From positions 192,001 to 256,000 of IMG/VR virus record IMGVR_UViG_3300018430_000021: DNA of 64,000 nt; one strand, written 5' to 3'. Below the pieces are notes generated by a model. The model had not been told where the DNA came from and ran no database searches. It was given only the letters and a program-made list of their open reading frames with translations. The position numbers were made by a program, and so were the translations under genes. Each line of letters begins with the position of its first letter. Positions within the stretch are counted from its first letter, which is position 1. This DNA comes from a virus. Taxonomy: Duplodnaviria > Caudoviricetes. Below, piece by piece: positions 35,761-46,354 of the stretch.

Positions 35761-36447
35761 ATGAGTGAAGTGAGAGAAGAATACACTGCAGAAAATTATC
35801 CAAGTTTTGGCAAGAAGTATAATAACGAGAAGGCAATCATCTCGCTGACTTCTTGGCGTGCAAGAATCAACACGGTATCAAAGACGCTGTTCAGTCTATT
35901 GAAGCAGTGTCCTGGTTTTCATATCGTCTTGGTATTGAGCGAAGAAGAATTTCCGAAAATGATGGATGAATTGCCTGAGAACTTGAAAGTATTTGCTGAC
36001 AATGAACTTATTGAAATCTTGTGGGTGTATAAGAACTATAAGTCATTTAAGAAGGTACTTTTTACGATGGATAAGTACCGTGATGTTCCTATCATTTCAG
36101 CGGATGATGATTGTAATTATGTATGTAATTATGCTGAAGAATTATATCAAACTTATTTACATTATCCTAATAAATGTATTGCTTATAGAAAATCAAAATT
36201 TTCATTTTGTTTATGTGGCCCAGCTTCACTATATACGCCGTTTTTATTTGAAAAATTTATTTTAGAATTCAAAAAATTAAAATTAACAAATTATCAAGAT
36301 GACGGTTTTTTTGCAAATATATTAAAAGAATTAAATGAAAAACCTATTGCATTACACAATAAGTTTCCTTGTAATTTTCATGATGAAATTAAACCTTTAA
36401 ATGGGTCTTTATATAATAAAGAGTGGAAAAATTCACAAATGTATTAA
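35761..36447 (+). CDS. GT-A glycosyltransferase-like protein
   Basis: IISLTSW..RI, PIISADDD, DDGFF; paralog of 38658-39332. Confidence 0.75.
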   Translation: MSEVREEYTAENYPSFGKKYNNEKAIISLTSWRARINTVSKTLFSLLKQCPGFHIVLVLSEEEFPKMMDELPENLKVFADNELIEILWVYKNYKSFKKVLFTMDKYRDVPIISADDDCNYVCNYAEELYQTYLHYPNKCIAYRKSKFSFCLCGPASLYTPFLFEKFILEFKKLKLTNYQDDGFFANILKELNEKPIALHNKFPCNFHDEIKPLNGSLYNKEWKNSQMY

Positions 36448-37178
36448 ATACCAAATAATTCAGTAATTTGTGATTTATTTAATTTACTTTTTAAATTACT
36501 CCACTGTGTTTTATTAGAATATGTTAAATGGTCATTTGTTCCTGTTTGATTATATATAAACATTCTATTAAATGAATTAATTATTATATTTTCATTTTGT
36601 AAATTAAATTCTTCTTTTAATAATTGTACTATTTTTGTATGATTGTATTTATATGGATTTATTTGTAATTTATTCCAATTTATAAATAAACTAATCATAA
36701 TTGATGTAGAACCTATCTTTCCGTAGGATGCATTAAATTCATATAGTTCATATTTTTTATTTATATCTTGTGTAAAACCTTTTTCAAAACCAATATAAAA
36801 TAAATCTGTATTATAATTAATATTTTGTTTAATAATAGATACACAATCATTTCTTATACAATCATCATGGTCTATTCGACTTAATATTATTTTTTCTTTA
36901 TTTAATTTTGATATATATTTTTCTAAATCTATAAAATTTATTATTTCTACATCAAATTTACATAATTTTTTTAACTCTAATATTTTATTTAATAAAAAAT
37001 TAGAATTTTCATGTTTTAATAAAACTAACGTAAAATTTTTATCTGTTTGATTATTTAATGAAGGTATTAAAAAATTAATCATATTTTTATAACCGTCATT
37101 TAATAAATTTTCATCAAAAATGTTTTTACTCAATTTTATACAATAAAACCTAACTAAAATTAAATGTTTTATTTCCAT
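36444..37178 (-). CDS. putative rhamnosyltransferase-like glycosyltransferase
   Basis: LIPSLNNQTDKNF, ILSRIDHDD; very AT-rich. Confidence 0.65.
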   Translation of the reverse strand: MEIKHLILVRFYCIKLSKNIFDENLLNDGYKNMINFLIPSLNNQTDKNFTLVLLKHENSNFLLNKILELKKLCKFDVEIINFIDLEKYISKLNKEKIILSRIDHDDCIRNDCVSIIKQNINYNTDLFYIGFEKGFTQDINKKYELYEFNASYGKIGSTSIMISLFINWNKLQINPYKYNHTKIVQLLKEEFNLQNENIIINSFNRMFIYNQTGTNDHLTYSNKTQWSNLKSKLNKSQITELFGI

Positions 37179-38017
37179 AATTTTAATAATCCCTCAAATG
37201 TTTTAAAAAATCTACTATATTTGTAAATTGTTTTATATATTTTTGGTTTATTTTTATTAAATGTTTTATTTGCGGCAGATTTTCTTTCACGACATTTCAT
37301 AATCCATTCAATATTTGATTTATATTGAAAATGTGCAATAAATAAATCATCACATGCACATGGTGGATTTATCCAATCATCATATATTTTTTTACCATTT
37401 ATTAAATAACTTCCCACATTATTATTTGTACAATTATATGTTGGATTATGCCCGCCATTATGCGGCATTCCCCAATACCACGTTGCCGTTGTTTTTACAA
37501 ATGTTTTTACCCAACTATTATCTTGCCGCCATATAGGATATAATTGCTTACATACATAATCTGACCATCCTGTAGCATTTTCAATAAGTGATTTTGTTCG
37601 TTTCTCTGTATATTCTAATGGAAACATGTTTCGCCAGCCAATACTAAATTTTTTAATATCTGGCCATTTATCTTGTAATGTCAAAATCATTTCATTAACA
37701 TTATTATGAAATTTATCACCAATATATAAAAACTCGTCATCATCAATAGGTAAAACCCACCATGCGGAACTTTTATTGTTGATATACTTATTATATAATG
37801 TATATTGGTTCGGCCAACCAGTTATAAGTTCATATGTAACTCTATCACCATAAGAGTCACAAACACTTTTAATATCTACCCAACTTTCATTATCAAAAAT
37901 ATGACAACAATCAAAACCAATAATGTCTAAATGCCAATGTAACCAATCTTTAAAATCTTGAAGATTATAAGATTTAGTTAATAAAACTACTTCTGATAAT
38001 TTATTTTTGTTCACCAT
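37169..38017 (-). CDS. GT92/GT2-like glycosyltransferase
   Basis: WLHWH..IGFD..HIFDNES, WVLPIDDDEFL, IAHFQYKS. Confidence 0.75.
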   Translation of the reverse strand: MVNKNKLSEVVLLTKSYNLQDFKDWLHWHLDIIGFDCCHIFDNESWVDIKSVCDSYGDRVTYELITGWPNQYTLYNKYINNKSSAWWVLPIDDDEFLYIGDKFHNNVNEMILTLQDKWPDIKKFSIGWRNMFPLEYTEKRTKSLIENATGWSDYVCKQLYPIWRQDNSWVKTFVKTTATWYWGMPHNGGHNPTYNCTNNNVGSYLINGKKIYDDWINPPCACDDLFIAHFQYKSNIEWIMKCRERKSAANKTFNKNKPKIYKTIYKYSRFFKTFEGLLKLWK

Positions 38018-38633
38018 TTTTAATAAATCCCATTATCTGTGTAAAATATTTATCTGCATACCATTCCGGAAATCGATTTCCTGCGCCCCTATAGCCTCCA
38101 CCACGACCATGTGGATCATAAATTACAAATATATTTTTATTATTTGTTTTTAAATTTTTATTATAAGTAATTACAACAAGTTTATATTTTAAATCTTCTT
38201 TTTCAATTTTCCAAAACGCCGCTTCATCATAATCCATATGTTCCCATTCAGTAATAAAAACCGGAGATTCTTTTTGGTCAAGCATACGTTTTAATCGTTC
38301 TTCATATTTTTGAACTATATATTCCCAAATTTTACAATATCTAACATCATGTCCAACAATATTTGGGATTTTATAGTTTTTATCAAATAAAAAATGAACA
38401 TATTCAAGCTTAATATTATTATCAATAGTTATAATAAATTGTTCTTGTCCTTTATTATATCTATGCGGTTCTTTTGAAAGTTCATAATTATTCCAATTAA
38501 TAGTTTCCCAGTTTGTCATTAAATAATATAGGGAATTAAAATCTAAATTTATCCAGGTAAATGGATTTGCCCTACCTTGACCAGCTTTTTGTTCTATATA
38601 ATTAGATATGCAGCAATTACCGATTAAATTCAT
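38001..38633 (-). CDS. DUF1919-like polysaccharide-associated protein
   Basis: LIGNCC...NPF, I..VH, KYEERLKRM; late promoter at 38638-38645. Confidence 0.5.
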   Translation of the reverse strand: MNLIGNCCISNYIEQKAGQGRANPFTWINLDFNSLYYLMTNWETINWNNYELSKEPHRYNKGQEQFIITIDNNIKLEYVHFLFDKNYKIPNIVGHDVRYCKIWEYIVQKYEERLKRMLDQKESPVFITEWEHMDYDEAAFWKIEKEDLKYKLVVITYNKNLKTNNKNIFVIYDPHGRGGGYRGAGNRFPEWYADKYFTQIMGFIKNGEQK

Positions 38634-38657
38634 ACTATATTTATATAAAAAGTGTTA

Positions 38658-39332
38658 CTAATAAGCAACTCTTTTCCAATATTCTTTATATATGCTGTCT
38701 TTAAATTTTCTATTCCTACAAAGACCGTTTCGTTCATCAACTTCTTTCATAGTTCCAGGCTGTGCATGAAGTCTAGTAAGAAAGATATATGGAATATTTC
38801 TTTTCTTAGCCAGTACACCGTAGAAAGCGTCGTCATGATTACATTCGATGATTTTAGGATCTTCCAAGTATTGTAATGCACCGTTGAAACAGTTTGGCGG
38901 AAACAGAGTTCCGTGTCCTCCACCACCCCATGGAATTCCACCAACAACCTGATGATATTCGCTTATGATACAGTTCTTATTTTCAAGCCATTTATCGTAG
39001 AGTTCTTGTGCATAATTTCGGATATAGATACAACCGTCATCTGCAGAAATAATCGGAACATCTTTATACTTATGCATAGTGAAAAGAATTTTCTTGAATG
39101 CTCGATAATTCTTAGTGACCCAAAGAACTTCGATTATGTTTCTTTCAATCAAAATTTTAAGGTCATCAGGCAAACATGATTCATTTGGAAATTCTTCTGT
39201 ACTGAGAACAAGAACAATATGAAAACCAGGGCACTGTTGTAAAAGACTGAAAACGGTCCTTGCAACAGTTCCGATTCTATTTTTCCATGAAGTTAGACTT
39301 ATAATCGCTTTTTCGCCCTGATATTGTTTCAT
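38658..39332 (-). CDS. GT-A glycosyltransferase-like protein
   Basis: IISLTSW, PIISADDG, GGHGTLFPP, HDDAFY. Confidence 0.75.
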   Translation of the reverse strand: MKQYQGEKAIISLTSWKNRIGTVARTVFSLLQQCPGFHIVLVLSTEEFPNESCLPDDLKILIERNIIEVLWVTKNYRAFKKILFTMHKYKDVPIISADDGCIYIRNYAQELYDKWLENKNCIISEYHQVVGGIPWGGGGHGTLFPPNCFNGALQYLEDPKIIECNHDDAFYGVLAKKRNIPYIFLTRLHAQPGTMKEVDERNGLCRNRKFKDSIYKEYWKRVAY

Positions 39333-39333
39333 A

Positions 39334-40347
39334 TTAGTCCATTAAGCTCTTTGCGGCATTTTCCCAAGTAAATCTACGATGGTTAAACGTGGTGAAATAG
39401 TTATCGTTCAATGCCTTTATACACATATTGGCCAGATAGTCGCTATACAGGTACATATCTTCAATCATTTCAGAATCATCGTAAAAATCAGAAGAAAGGA
39501 AGTTTACACCCTTACAGGTAGTACCCATACCGCCGAGACTGGTAGTAAGAATACAATTACCGGCTGCAGCATTTTCTACCGCACTGATACAGAATGTTTC
39601 CTTGAAAGCCAAACCATAAGCAGAAATACCGAGATTCGGATAACACCATATTTTAGCCTTCTTTTGTTCTTCGGCCAGTTCCGGCTTTGTAAGCCTACCA
39701 AGATTTATGATACCTGGAGCGTCAATGTCATACTTATTATAACTGCAGATTTTCAATTCAAAATCAGTAACACTGTTTTTAATTTTAGGATAAACAAGCT
39801 TTATGAAAAAATCAAGTCCACGTTCAAAGCGGCTACTCCAAACCATGGAATTCGTCTTCTTGGACATGTCAACATCCTTATAAAGATCCATATCGATTCC
39901 GTTAAGCGTTACCTTAACGAAATTACTAGCCTTGGGAATGTTATATTGCATTTCCATAAAGGTCTTATGCCAGTTGGACAATACGAAGATATGCTTTAAC
40001 TTCCTAAAATCTACGGCTTCACCAGGATAATGGAACAAGCCCATATCATGCATCATTAAAGAAATATTCTTACTCTTTACCTTATTCATTCCCTTGATAC
40101 CACGGGAATAATAGAAGTAATCGAATTCCGTAGTCGCACAAATCTTATCGAAACTTTCTTTCTTCAAATAGTGAACATTTTTATAGTCATGTTCAGCAGG
40201 AGTATTCACAAACAGGAATACTTCATGACCTAAATCCGAGAATGCTTCTGAGATTTTATTAAGCCAAGTTTCAGAACCACCCAAGAATTTGGTATTTTCG
40301 TCTACACTAATATCGAGAACACAACCGTCAAAAATACCAATTTTCAT
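39334..40347 (-). CDS. GT-B (GT4-like) glycosyltransferase
   Basis: GGSE, LSNWH, NGID, SSRFERGL, ETFCISAVE..AAG. Confidence 0.85.
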   Translation of the reverse strand: MKIGIFDGCVLDISVDENTKFLGGSETWLNKISEAFSDLGHEVFLFVNTPAEHDYKNVHYLKKESFDKICATTEFDYFYYSRGIKGMNKVKSKNISLMMHDMGLFHYPGEAVDFRKLKHIFVLSNWHKTFMEMQYNIPKASNFVKVTLNGIDMDLYKDVDMSKKTNSMVWSSRFERGLDFFIKLVYPKIKNSVTDFELKICSYNKYDIDAPGIINLGRLTKPELAEEQKKAKIWCYPNLGISAYGLAFKETFCISAVENAAAGNCILTTSLGGMGTTCKGVNFLSSDFYDDSEMIEDMYLYSDYLANMCIKALNDNYFTTFNHRRFTWENAAKSLMD

Positions 40348-41193
40348 TTATACCTCTAAACCCAATCTTTCCTTTACGTAAGCGACTTTTTCTGGCGTCT
40401 TTTCATTAAGGTTGAAATACCATTCAATTCGTTTCAAAACCGGAGTTACATAATGAGCGGCGTCGGTTGGTTCCATACAGCGGCGGTCAATATATTCTTC
40501 GAGAGACTTTGTAATATAGTGACGAACATAGTTATTATCCGTACTTACCGGTTCTGCGGACCAACGACAGTCAGAAGGCATACCATTGCTTCTACGGCAG
40601 ATTCCGTTTTCGACATAGCATGTATGAACGTCAATCATAAGACGCTTGTCAGATACACGTAAAATGGACTTGACAAACATATTTTCAGAAATACCCTTTT
40701 CGATTTCGTCACCGTTGTATTTGGCGAGCAATGGTGCTTGTTCCGGGAACCTTTCGAGTACGGGCTTGTCGTTGTAGAGCATGTTTTCGTTATCGCCATA
40801 GACACGCCAATTAAGATGAATAACGTCGGTATCTGCGAATATATCCTGGGAAAGGTATTCGTCTACTTTCTTTCCGTCAAACCAGAGAAATTCGTCGAGA
40901 TCGATAAAAGTAACCCAGTCAAAACCCACAGGCTTGATAACGTTATTATAAATGTTGTTATAGACACCTTTCTGCATTCCAGCGATCTTCAGTGCGTCAT
41001 AACCGCGAAGATTCCAGATTTTTACAGGATATTTTTTCATGAGCTCACCGGCCTTAGAGGCGAGCGAGTCATCATCCATATTGTCGTTATTTACCAAGAA
41101 AATTTTTGTGAATCCGAGTTTGGTATGATAGTCAAGCCATTCCTCGACATATCTGGATTCCTTTTTAGCAAGAGCTACGATAGCTGTCTTCAT
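40348..41193 (-). CDS. GT92/GT2-like glycosyltransferase
   Basis: EEWLDYH..LGF..IFL.NND, WVTFIDLDEF, HYITKSLEEY; TATAAATA at 41219-41226. Confidence 0.8.
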   Translation of the reverse strand: MKTAIVALAKKESRYVEEWLDYHTKLGFTKIFLVNNDNMDDDSLASKAGELMKKYPVKIWNLRGYDALKIAGMQKGVYNNIYNNVIKPVGFDWVTFIDLDEFLWFDGKKVDEYLSQDIFADTDVIHLNWRVYGDNENMLYNDKPVLERFPEQAPLLAKYNGDEIEKGISENMFVKSILRVSDKRLMIDVHTCYVENGICRRSNGMPSDCRWSAEPVSTDNNYVRHYITKSLEEYIDRRCMEPTDAAHYVTPVLKRIEWYFNLNEKTPEKVAYVKERLGLEV

Positions 41194-41229
41194 TCAATCA
41201 CCTTTTTAATTAACAATTTATTTATAAAA

Positions 41230-41598
41230 TTATAAGTCAGGAAATCCAATAAAATAGATAGCTGTATTACGAAGTTCTTCAACATCCGACGTTTTTCTCA
41301 TATCATAGGTTTTCCCTTGATATGTTAACCTTGCGATACCGTCATGGAACCTGTCAGAAAAATTGTTCATGAGCTCACCGATTAGCTTAAAATTATGAAT
41401 CAACCTATTAAAGCTATTTGTTGATTGCATACTTACTCTATTATAATCGGCAGGCTTATAAGTTACCGGTTCTTTCATTCCTTCAATAAGAGTACACGAA
41501 AGTTCTATAGTAACTTCCTTATCGGGCTTATCGTCAAGCTCAGAATATATCGGACGTCTAAAAATGTTCGTTTCTTCAGACATAATTAGAAACCCCAA
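41230..41598 (-). CDS. hypothetical protein
   Basis: Tiling ORF. Confidence 0.6.
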   Translation of the reverse strand: MGFLIMSEETNIFRRPIYSELDDKPDKEVTIELSCTLIEGMKEPVTYKPADYNRVSMQSTNSFNRLIHNFKLIGELMNNFSDRFHDGIARLTYQGKTYDMRKTSDVEELRNTAIYFIGFPDL

Positions 41599-41873
41599 GC
41601 CGAACGTTCTTCTTCATCTCGTACTTTTTGACATTTTGGACACAAGTCACCGCCCCAGTCTTCCATAATCTTGTCGTAAACATAATTCACATGTTGTTTT
41701 TCTTCGTCTGTAAGATTATGATACCAATCATCACTTGTAATCGGTTCATGGATAACGGAAACGACTTGTTCTCCACAATATGTATTAAAATCACGGCAAT
41801 CTCGTCTACCTGCAGCTTGAGTTGTCCAATGAATTTTACCGTCCGCCGTTCTGCATAACAATGGTTCTGTCAT
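41586..41873 (-). CDS. hypothetical zinc-binding protein
   Basis: H..., YCG, CPKC. Confidence 0.6.
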   Translation of the reverse strand: MTEPLLCRTADGKIHWTTQAAGRRDCRDFNTYCGEQVVSVIHEPITSDDWYHNLTDEEKQHVNYVYDKIMEDWGGDLCPKCQKVRDEEERSAWGF

Positions 41874-41875
41874 AA

Positions 41876-42334
41876 TTAAACCTCCGTGATATTGAGTTCA
41901 AAACCGCCTTCTTCACCGTCAGCATTGTCATCCCAAATACTATCATCACGAGAACTGTATTTAATATCCTTTTTATTCTGGATAGCGTCATTAATCCAAT
42001 CCATGAAGAACTTCTTGATGTCAAGTCCTGTAAATTTCTTATTTTCGTTTTCAATATAGCCTTCATCGTCAAAAGGATAATTATAATCCTTTCGAGTATC
42101 AGAAACTATATTCTGGAAATATTCATAGCATTTATTGAACGCCTTTTCAGGATCCGAACCATTATAGACGAGACGGTGTTCAATATCGAAATCATGCTGG
42201 TAGACATGATGAACTGAATATACAGTTCGTTTCTTATGTTTCTTTGCTTCCAGTTCTTCAATATAGTTCATGACTACGGTTGGAAGTTCAATCTTTGCTT
42301 TCTTTAAAATTTCTCTAAATTCTTCTGGTTTCAT
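41876..42334 (-). CDS. hypothetical protein
   Basis: Tiling ORF. Confidence 0.65.
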   Translation of the reverse strand: MKPEEFREILKKAKIELPTVVMNYIEELEAKKHKKRTVYSVHHVYQHDFDIEHRLVYNGSDPEKAFNKCYEYFQNIVSDTRKDYNYPFDDEGYIENENKKFTGLDIKKFFMDWINDAIQNKKDIKYSSRDDSIWDDNADGEEGGFELNITEV

Positions 42335-42335
42335 A

Positions 42336-42842
42336 TTAAATCTCCGGATTATAGCTTTTTTCTATTTCATAATGTTCTGCGGCTTCTCTAAAAACACTCT
42401 TAAGAGCACATTTACAAAATAATAATATTGCATCAGTTTCAGCAGGTGATACTACCTTATAAACATTACCTCTTAACCAGCCAGATTGAACAATACCTTT
42501 TGTCTTATATTCTCCAGAATTGAGAACATGGTCCAATATCCATTTATCTGATTGAAAACCATGCTCGACATGAATTGCGTCTTTCATGGGTCTGCCATTT
42601 GGGTCAATGGTAGAAATCGTATAAAGCGACTTTTCTTTTGGATTTACCTCATACTTATTACCTTTTTCATTAACTACTGTCATGTTATGTTCAACTATAA
42701 AATTGCATTCCATGACGTCATAATTATAGATAATCGTATGTCGAAATCCTGCACCCAAAGTTATCAATTTAGCATTATACTTATTTGCAGTTTTGACAAT
42801 AAATTCTGCCATTTCTTCTGGGCTATGTATCATTTCGTTCAT
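42336..42842 (-). CDS. hypothetical protein
   Basis: Tiling ORF. Confidence 0.65.
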   Translation of the reverse strand: MNEMIHSPEEMAEFIVKTANKYNAKLITLGAGFRHTIIYNYDVMECNFIVEHNMTVVNEKGNKYEVNPKEKSLYTISTIDPNGRPMKDAIHVEHGFQSDKWILDHVLNSGEYKTKGIVQSGWLRGNVYKVVSPAETDAILLFCKCALKSVFREAAEHYEIEKSYNPEI

Positions 42843-43057
42843 ATCATCATGCCTTATTATCCTTGTTTTTTATCGACTTTCATTATTTAGTCTTCCTCAT
42901 CTTCAGTCTTATTTTTCTTGAAAATTCCGGCAATAGAATCAATAATCAGGTATACGAAAATCATACCGATAATTGTTAATCCCGGATTATTCTGACAGAA
43001 ATTTAAAAATACTTCCATTATTTAGTCTCCCGTGGGTCTTTCCACTTTTCGATTTCT

Positions 43058-43306
43058 TTAGTTTTCTTGTACTTTACCGTTTTTCCATACGACTTTCTTT
43101 GTTTTCTTTTCTGTCGGTGCCCATCTTATTTTAAGGCTTTCAATGGCGTCAGACATGTTAACATAGGAATCCGGCATTGCGAATTCCGATATATCATTCC
43201 AACAGTAGTGCCACCACAAAAGCCATACCTGAGGGAAAAATTCTTTGTTGTCATAAGTTATGACTCGCTTAGTCATTTTTCTCATTAACCATTTCCACAT
43301 ATTCAT
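43058..43306 (-). CDS. hypothetical protein
   Basis: Tiling ORF. Confidence 0.55.
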   Translation of the reverse strand: MNMWKWLMRKMTKRVITYDNKEFFPQVWLLWWHYCWNDISEFAMPDSYVNMSDAIESLKIRWAPTEKKTKKVVWKNGKVQEN

Positions 43307-43310
43307 TTCC

Positions 43311-44003
43311 TTAAAAACCTGGTTCTTCAGCCGGGCAACGGAAAACCCTCAAGAAGCCGGCTACATGACCATTGGACCAATCTGGATAGTTAATAATAAG
43401 GTCATGATCTGTTGCCAGTTTATCAAGCAGGTCATTTACAAGTTCATCCCAATTTTCATAAAGAGCCTTAAAAGGACTATTCGTGTTATATAAATGTAAA
43501 ACAAACTTGCCTTCTGTATTTCTTACCTTGAATCGAGTAAGAATGCTTCTGACGTAATTTTCAACCTTATCGTAATTTATACCGGCATATTTCAAAACCG
43601 GTAAGTCAGTCGGTCTATAACCGTCGTTTTCTTCCCCAGTACCGATAATTGTATAAATATACTTTCCAGAATTTCTAACAGCTCTGCATTCGGGTTCAAT
43701 CATGTGCCATGCAACTTCTGTAAATAACTGTTCAACAGAACTGATACAAGGCATAGTACGTTGAACTTCTGCAATATTGCATACTACGTCACGGTCCTTA
43801 ATATCCAAATTTTCAAGTGGCGGATTTTCAAGATTGACCGTAATTACTTCGACTTCATCCTTGATAAGCGGAGTTACAGGAATACAGTCTTCAGGAACTG
43901 CCTGACCCCAACAAGGTTTATAGGTTGTAATACCGAGGAACTGAATCATCGGTGCACCAGTTTCTAATGTAAATCTTTTAAAAGTTACGTATCTAGTAGC
44001 CAT
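43311..44003 (-). CDS. hypothetical protein
   Basis: Long tiling ORF. Confidence 0.7.
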   Translation of the reverse strand: MATRYVTFKRFTLETGAPMIQFLGITTYKPCWGQAVPEDCIPVTPLIKDEVEVITVNLENPPLENLDIKDRDVVCNIAEVQRTMPCISSVEQLFTEVAWHMIEPECRAVRNSGKYIYTIIGTGEENDGYRPTDLPVLKYAGINYDKVENYVRSILTRFKVRNTEGKFVLHLYNTNSPFKALYENWDELVNDLLDKLATDHDLIINYPDWSNGHVAGFLRVFRCPAEEPGF

Positions 44004-44013
44004 AAAGTTTCCT

Positions 44014-44247
44014 TTATTTAATAAGTTCTATACTTTTATCATAACACCAAAGCCATTTCTTGCATCTCGAAACATAGCGAAACCATTTCATATCATGGGC
44101 ATATATCATTTTCTTATCGTCAGTTATAAAAGCCCACTGAGCATCTTTTATAGTTTCTCTAGGAGAACGAACCAAAATACATTCATGTGATTTTGGCATT
44201 TCTTCGTCAAACGTTTTCCAAGTAAATTTGTATTCTTCTACTATCAT
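44014..44247 (-). CDS. DUF551-like small phage protein
   Basis: W....EEMP.....LV...W pattern. Confidence 0.5.
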   Translation of the reverse strand: MIVEEYKFTWKTFDEEMPKSHECILVRSPRETIKDAQWAFITDDKKMIYAHDMKWFRYVSRCKKWLWCYDKSIELIK

Positions 44248-44259
44248 TCTTCTAGCCTT

Positions 44260-44541
44260 TTACCACCCACTACCACAATATGTGCTTTTCAGAGCATTAA
44301 TTCTATTATTATAATCTTCAGTGCTTTCACGCATATCATCGATTGCTTTTGTCACTTTATCCTTATCACCAGAATAAGTGTTGTGATACTCGTGACGTTT
44401 GCTGAACCAGCCAAGTGTGATAACTTCTCTGTCTATCTTGCAATCAATTTGATACTTATCAGCAACTTCGTACGCTGCTCGTGATAGACCATTAATTTCG
44501 TGTCCACTTGCTATTGTAAATGTTTCTCTGTAATCACTCAT
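44260..44541 (-). CDS. hypothetical protein
   Basis: Tiling ORF, SD GAGG. Confidence 0.6.
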   Translation of the reverse strand: MSDYRETFTIASGHEINGLSRAAYEVADKYQIDCKIDREVITLGWFSKRHEYHNTYSGDKDKVTKAIDDMRESTEDYNNRINALKSTYCGSGW

Positions 44542-44551
44542 ATTATACCTC

Positions 44552-45076
44552 TTAATCTAAAACGTTAAGACAGTTCTGAACATATCCATTTTCAAGAATA
44601 GCATTAAAACGGTCTATATTCTTTTTCAGCATATCCCGGTCATATTCCTTATTGTTGATAACAAGAGTATACAACGGATATTTTTCTTCGCCTTTAAGCA
44701 TATCATGGGTAAGCTCTTTAAAGCTGGCAATTTCCATATTTCTTGACCAGGCTTCTGACGGTATTAACGAATGTTCTCCTCTTAACATAATACAGTCTGC
44801 AGTCCATGAAAAATGTTCTACGCATTCTTGATATTCATAAGATAGAAAATTTTTATTAAATGGATTAAAGAACCCGGGTTTTCTTCTGCGTAATCTTTTG
44901 CACTTTTTATATCCACTATGAAGTGCATCTTTTTCAAAATGTAATTCACATTTACCCGGATAGAAATTCTTGGTATGACCATATTTCTTTTCATTTCTGA
45001 AATAATAATATACCTTGACATAATAGGTCATATTATGTGTATTTTCCGGTAACATTAAATATTCAGAACAGCTCAC
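44552..45076 (-). CDS. hypothetical protein
   Basis: Tiling ORF. Confidence 0.6.
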   Translation of the reverse strand: MSCSEYLMLPENTHNMTYYVKVYYYFRNEKKYGHTKNFYPGKCELHFEKDALHSGYKKCKRLRRRKPGFFNPFNKNFLSYEYQECVEHFSWTADCIMLRGEHSLIPSEAWSRNMEIASFKELTHDMLKGEEKYPLYTLVINNKEYDRDMLKKNIDRFNAILENGYVQNCLNVLD

Positions 45077-45258
45077 CAGGATTCTCCATCTGTTGTTACT
45101 TGTGGGTAAAGTGTAACAATATTCGCTATATCATAATCTTTATATGACTTCTTAATTTTTTCGATGCCTTCTTCAATAGAATTACAGTCTACATGAACAT
45201 GTACTTCCTCATATACACCATTATCTACATCGAGGTTAACTATATAATTTTGAATCAT
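45073..45258 (-). CDS. hypothetical protein
   Basis: Tiling ORF. Confidence 0.55.
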   Translation of the reverse strand: MIQNYIVNLDVDNGVYEEVHVHVDCNSIEEGIEKIKKSYKDYDIANIVTLYPQVTTDGESW

Positions 45259-45584
45259 TAGAAATTCCTTTCAAGGCATCTTTCCGCTGTTGCTTCTTCC
45301 GTTGTATAGAGATGAAGATCCTGAAGTAATGCTTCCGTAATTTCACTGAACTCATATTCATGTAAATGCTTAAGATTAGACCCAAGGCAATCAGGCTTAT
45401 CAAGCTTTTCGAAAGTTACAAGACGTTTATTATAAGAATCCATGGTAGCGATATGTTCGCCATTCTTTTCAATATAATGCTGCTTGCATACAATACCACC
45501 GCGGCTGTTACAATAAGTCTGCGGGATTTCGTTAAATGTAAAACCATTGGCTTTCAATACTCTTTTAATCTTTGCAAACTGCAT
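45258..45584 (-). CDS. hypothetical protein
   Basis: Tiling ORF. Confidence 0.6.
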   Translation of the reverse strand: MQFAKIKRVLKANGFTFNEIPQTYCNSRGGIVCKQHYIEKNGEHIATMDSYNKRLVTFEKLDKPDCLGSNLKHLHEYEFSEITEALLQDLHLYTTEEATAERCLERNF

Positions 45585-45585
45585 A

Positions 45586-45876
45586 TTATACTCCTTTTAA
45601 ATCGTCTAATGCGTTATCCATATCATCCAAAGCTGCTTCAGCCGTAATAGCAGCCTCAAAAGTTTCTACTACTTTTTCAGCAATACAATCATAAGGAAAC
45701 ACAGCACATAAGCTTTCCAGATGAATACCCCTATTTAACTTCTTACTGAAGACAATCGGTGAACGGTCGTTTTCGTCTTCACGAATTTCAATATCACCTT
45801 TGCCTTCCTTAACAATTGCTTCCATGAGTCTGGCTTCACAGTAAGGATCCAAAAAATTTGCTACATGTCGCATCAT
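45586..45876 (-). CDS. hypothetical protein
   Basis: Tiling ORF. Confidence 0.6.
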   Translation of the reverse strand: MMRHVANFLDPYCEARLMEAIVKEGKGDIEIREDENDRSPIVFSKKLNRGIHLESLCAVFPYDCIAEKVVETFEAAITAEAALDDMDNALDDLKGV

Positions 45877-46352
45877 ATAACCTCAATCTTAAAATTCAAC
45901 AAGTTTGTAAATCTCTTACCGGTGGGCAAATTCAAGCATAATCCGTCGGCTTCAATATCAAGGTTATATAAGTCACAACCTTTTACGAGATTCCAAATAG
46001 TATTACCGGATGGAGTATCTAACAGAGTAATTTCAACATCGTATGTATTATCGGCACATGGAACAATCTTAGTCACCTTACCGTAAATCTTATTAACGTC
46101 AAGTTCAAAATCGGGACCCAACGCAAATACAACAACAGACTGGCCACAATCCATCCGTTTTTCACGATATTCTTCAATAGCAAACAATACCGAGTCTTTT
46201 CTATACTCTTGAAGGTTAGTAACATTACCGGATATGATGACTTTCTTGAATCCGCCGTTATCTTCGACATCCCAGATTTCGCGTTCACTCATTTGTGAAC
46301 GACCCATAGAATACTGGTCTTCTACTGTAGGTTCTTCTCTATATTCAATCAT
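45873..46352 (-). CDS. protein resembling the core of T4 gp21 prohead protease
   Basis: LDVNKIYGKVTKI...EITLLDTPSGNTIWNLV. Confidence 0.45.
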   Translation of the reverse strand: MIEYREEPTVEDQYSMGRSQMSEREIWDVEDNGGFKKVIISGNVTNLQEYRKDSVLFAIEEYREKRMDCGQSVVVFALGPDFELDVNKIYGKVTKIVPCADNTYDVEITLLDTPSGNTIWNLVKGCDLYNLDIEADGLCLNLPTGKRFTNLLNFKIEVI

Positions 46353-46354
46353 AA

